From positions 1-55,868 of the forward strand of contig CAYUFG010000001.1 of the NCBI GenBank assembly GCA_964443815.1: a stretch of DNA of 55,868 bases, written 5' to 3'. This stretch comes from an uncultured Halobacteriales archaeon. GTDB lineage: Archaea; Halobacteriota; Halobacteria; Halobacteriales; Haloarculaceae. The notes under the pieces are model-generated. The model made no database searches, was not told the origin of the DNA, and saw only the letters and a list, made by a program, of their open reading frames with translations. Shown here piece after piece: positions 53,362 to 55,868 of this stretch (position 1 is the stretch's first letter; every line of letters begins with the position of its first letter). The translations under genes were made by a program, and so were the position numbers.

Positions 53362-54531
53362 ATGGACTTCGCACTCAGCGAGGAGCAGCGCCTCATCCGG
53401 CGAGAGATCCGCAAACTCTGTGCGGACTTCGGTGACGAGTACTGGCGCGAGAAGGACAAGGCCCACGAGTTCCCCTGGGACTTCTTCGAGACCTTCGCGG
53501 ACGCCGGCTGGTGTGGCGTCACGATCCCCCAAGCGTACGGTGGCCAGGGCTACGGTCTCCAGGAGTCCGCACTCGTCCAGAAGGAGCTCGCCCGGTCGGG
53601 TGCCGGCGCCGCGGGGATGTCGGTTACATCCCATCACGTCTTCAGCGCTGCGCCGCTGGTCGAGTTCGGCGACGAAGATCACAAGGAGCGGTACCTGCCG
53701 AAGGTCGCCGCGGGTGACGTCATGGTCTGTACGGGCGTGACCGAGCCCAACTCGGGGCTGGACACGCCGACGATCGAGACGGTCGCCGAGCGAGACGGCG
53801 ACGAGTACGTGATCAACGGCCAGAAGATCTGGACGTCGAAGGCCCAGGAGGCGGACGTCATCATGCTGCTGACCCGGACCGAGCCCTACGATCCGGACAA
53901 CCGGTTCGACGGCATGACGCTCTTCTTCACGGAATTCGACAAGGACATGGACGGCGTCACCGTCGAGGAGATTCCCAAGGCGGGTCGTGGCGCCTCGGAT
54001 TCGAACGAGGTGTGGTTCGAGGAGTTCCGGGTGCCCGCCGCCGACGTCATCGGCGAGGAGGGTCGCGGGTTCAAGTACCTCCTCTCCTTTGCCAACGCCG
54101 AGCGGGTGAACGTCGCCGCGAACTGCATCGGCGTGGGTCTCGCCGCACTCGACAAGGCGTCCGCGTACGCGAACGAGCGCGAGGTGTTCGGGAACGCGAT
54201 CGGGTCCTACCAGGGAATTCAACATCCCCTCGCTGAGTCCTGGACGAAGCTGAAGACCGACGAGGCGCTCATGTGGGAGGCCGCCTGGCTGGTCGACGAG
54301 GGCGAACAGCCAGGCGCGGAGGCCAACGCCGTCAAACTTCGCGCGAGCGAGGACGCCCTCGAGGCCTGCCGGCGTGCGGTCACGACCCACGGCGGGATGG
54401 GCTACGCCAAGGAGTACGACGTCGAGCGGTACTGGATCGAGTCGATGATCCACGTGCTGGCGCCGGTGTCCGGCGAGATGATCAAGAACCACATCGCGGG
54501 CGAGGCGCTCGACCTGCCGCGGTCGTACTGA
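53362..54531 (+). CDS. Acyl-CoA dehydrogenase (paralog B of 35995-37164)
   Basis: I start at ATG 53362, giving 389 aa. It is collinear without gaps with 35995-37164. I count 43 mismatches over 389 residues by eye. Confidence 0.9.
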   Translation: MDFALSEEQRLIRREIRKLCADFGDEYWREKDKAHEFPWDFFETFADAGWCGVTIPQAYGGQGYGLQESALVQKELARSGAGAAGMSVTSHHVFSAAPLVEFGDEDHKERYLPKVAAGDVMVCTGVTEPNSGLDTPTIETVAERDGDEYVINGQKIWTSKAQEADVIMLLTRTEPYDPDNRFDGMTLFFTEFDKDMDGVTVEEIPKAGRGASDSNEVWFEEFRVPAADVIGEEGRGFKYLLSFANAERVNVAANCIGVGLAALDKASAYANEREVFGNAIGSYQGIQHPLAESWTKLKTDEALMWEAAWLVDEGEQPGAEANAVKLRASEDALEACRRAVTTHGGMGYAKEYDVERYWIESMIHVLAPVSGEMIKNHIAGEALDLPRSY

Positions 54532-54614
54532 GACGAACGCGGATTTTCCGGGCTTCTAACGGGTGAGGGAGCGACTGCTGTCTTGCTGGAAAACGAAAGG
54601 AAAAGCGCCTCGAT

Positions 54615-55868
54615 TCAGGCGACGCGGATGTCGATGTCGAAGTACCACATGCCGACGGAGATCACGGAGATCGTGATCGCGACCTGCGTGATCGCCAGCG
54701 CCGCCAGTGCGGCCGTCTGGGCCGTCGACCAGAACTCGTAGAGTGTCACGGTGAACACGCGGCTCGAGCTGGTGTACAGGAAGATCGACGTCGACAGCTC
54801 GTTCATGAACAGCGCGAACAGGATGACCCAGATGGAGATCATCCCGCTTTTCATGTTGGGGAAGATGATGTGGCGGAGTCGCGAGATCAGGCCGGCGCCG
54901 CAGATCTTGCCCTGCTCGTCGAGCGTCGGTGACTGCTGGACGATCAGCGACTCGTTCATCCGGGTACCGAGCGCGAGGAACCGGACGAGGTATGCGAGCA
55001 TCAGCGCGAAGATGGTGCCGTAGATGCCAACCGGGACCCAGAGGTAGGTCCACAGGTACGCGATCCCGAGGACGACGCCGGGCGTCGCGATGGGGATCCA
55101 CGCCAGCCACGAGATGACCCGTGAGCGGAGGTTGTTCTCACGTGACTTGACGTAGGCGACGTAGGCCGTGACGATGACGGCCACGGACGCGGTGACGAAG
55201 GCGATGATCACCGAGTTCTGGACTGCGGCGGTCGCGAGGTCGCTGCTGTAGAGGTTGATGAAGTGGTTGAGCGTGAGGTTGTCGATGGCCCATTGGCGGC
55301 CCTCCAGCACGCCGAGGATGAACAGCTGGAGGAAGGGCAGGATAACGCCGAACAGCAGGATGCCGGCGATGAGGCCGGCACCGCCGAGCTGCCAGCGCCG
55401 CGGCGTGTGTGTCGTGCTCTGAGCGCCACGGCCGCTGACGACCGTGTACTGTGCGGCGTCACCGACCAGTCGGCCGGTCAGCGTCGCCAACAGGAACGCC
55501 ACGACGACCATGATGAACCCGATGCTCGCCATCATGCCGTACGGCGGCGGGAAGAAGTTCTGCAGGCTGATGAGATACGTCGAGAGGACGTAGATCCGCT
55601 GAGGACCACCCAGGATGAGCGGCGCGGAGACGGACTGGAAGCCGAGCAGGAGCAGCAGGAACATGCTCGAGAGGATGAACGGCTTGATCAGCGGGAGCGT
55701 GATCCGGCGGAGGATCGTCCACGACCCGGCGCCGGTGATCTGGGCCGCGTACTCGAGCTCCGTACTGATGTTCTGCATCCCGGAGGAAATGAACGCGTAC
55801 GCGTAGGGCATCTGGTAGATGCCCGCGACGAGGATCATCCCGTAGACGTTGTTGATGTCGAAGGTGAC
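54615..55868 (-). CDS. ABC transporter permease, fused double-permease type (iron(III)/thiamine/polyamine-like); N-terminus lies outside the window
   Basis: The reading frame stays open to the window edge (VTFDINNVYGMILVAGIY...). Two EAA-like loops are present (LEYAAQITGAGSWTILRRITLPLIKP and LDEQGKICGAGLISRLRHIIFPNMKSG), with more than 8 hydrophobic segments. Confidence 0.8.
   Translation of the reverse strand, partial: VTFDINNVYGMILVAGIYQMPYAYAFISSGMQNISTELEYAAQITGAGSWTILRRITLPLIKPFILSSMFLLLLLGFQSVSAPLILGGPQRIYVLSTYLISLQNFFPPPYGMMASIGFIMVVVAFLLATLTGRLVGDAAQYTVVSGRGAQSTTHTPRRWQLGGAGLIAGILLFGVILPFLQLFILGVLEGRQWAIDNLTLNHFINLYSSDLATAAVQNSVIIAFVTASVAVIVTAYVAYVKSRENNLRSRVISWLAWIPIATPGVVLGIAYLWTYLWVPVGIYGTIFALMLAYLVRFLALGTRMNESLIVQQSPTLDEQGKICGAGLISRLRHIIFPNMKSGMISIWVILFALFMNELSTSIFLYTSSSRVFTVTLYEFWSTAQTAALAALAITQVAITISVISVGMWYFDIDIRVA

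Noticed and set aside
1-55868. Search for tRNA/rRNA genes, CRISPR repeats, IS elements or terminal inverted repeats, and long direct repeats.
   Set aside because: No intergenic region other than 33042-33455 is long enough for a tRNA, and that one shows no cloverleaf-like arm pattern by eye. I noticed no regularly spaced repeats and no transposase or integrase ORFs. The only long repeat is the ACAD paralog pair reported above. A computational repeat or covariance scan could still find short elements that I cannot see manually.

Overview
The window is GC-rich, gene-dense and almost entirely coding. The predicted proteins are strongly acidic (rich in D/E, poor in K). This fits a salt-in halophile, most likely a haloarchaeon (class Halobacteria) chromosome or megaplasmid; that assignment is an inference from composition only. 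I call 54 protein-coding genes, two of them truncated by the window edges, plus three tentative TATA-like promoter boxes. I found no rRNA, tRNA, CRISPR array, transposase, integrase or recognisable transcription regulator. The content falls into four blocks. (1) 1-15.3 kb is a redox and hydrolase mix: four luciferase-like (LLM) oxidoreductases, MBL hydrolase, SMP-30 lactonase, a Cys-less racemase-fold protein next to a TcuA-like flavoprotein, two SDRs, UxuA-like dehydratase, an OYE-FAD fusion, a CMD-family protein and a family III CoA-transferase. (2) 15.3-33 kb holds a five-gene cytoplasmic formate-dehydrogenase-like operon with two different molybdopterin catalytic subunits, a split NuoG-like Fe-S subunit, DUF1641 and an FdsB/NuoF-like subunit whose FMN/NADH motifs look eroded. 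It lies next to moeA, a mobB fusion and mobA, and is bracketed by four MFS transporters. (3) 33-35.3 kb is a visibly less GC-rich KhtT-like/CPA2 antiporter pair behind a 414-bp non-coding gap. (4) 35.3-55.9 kb is a CoA-ester catabolic island with three acyl-CoA dehydrogenases (two are ~89% identical paralogs), two crotonases, two more family III CoA-transferases and an ACS-like ligase. It also holds a CitE-like lyase, MaoC hydratase, Fe-ADH, three LLMs, AzlCD, IlvE, Hbd and an ABC permease. The best candidate for an undescribed system is the two-molybdoenzyme FDH-like operon. The itaconate/mesaconate-type and cai-like CoA modules come second. All functional calls rest on motif recognition by eye, with no database search. 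Many long ORFs in the supplied track are antisense GC artefacts and were rejected.
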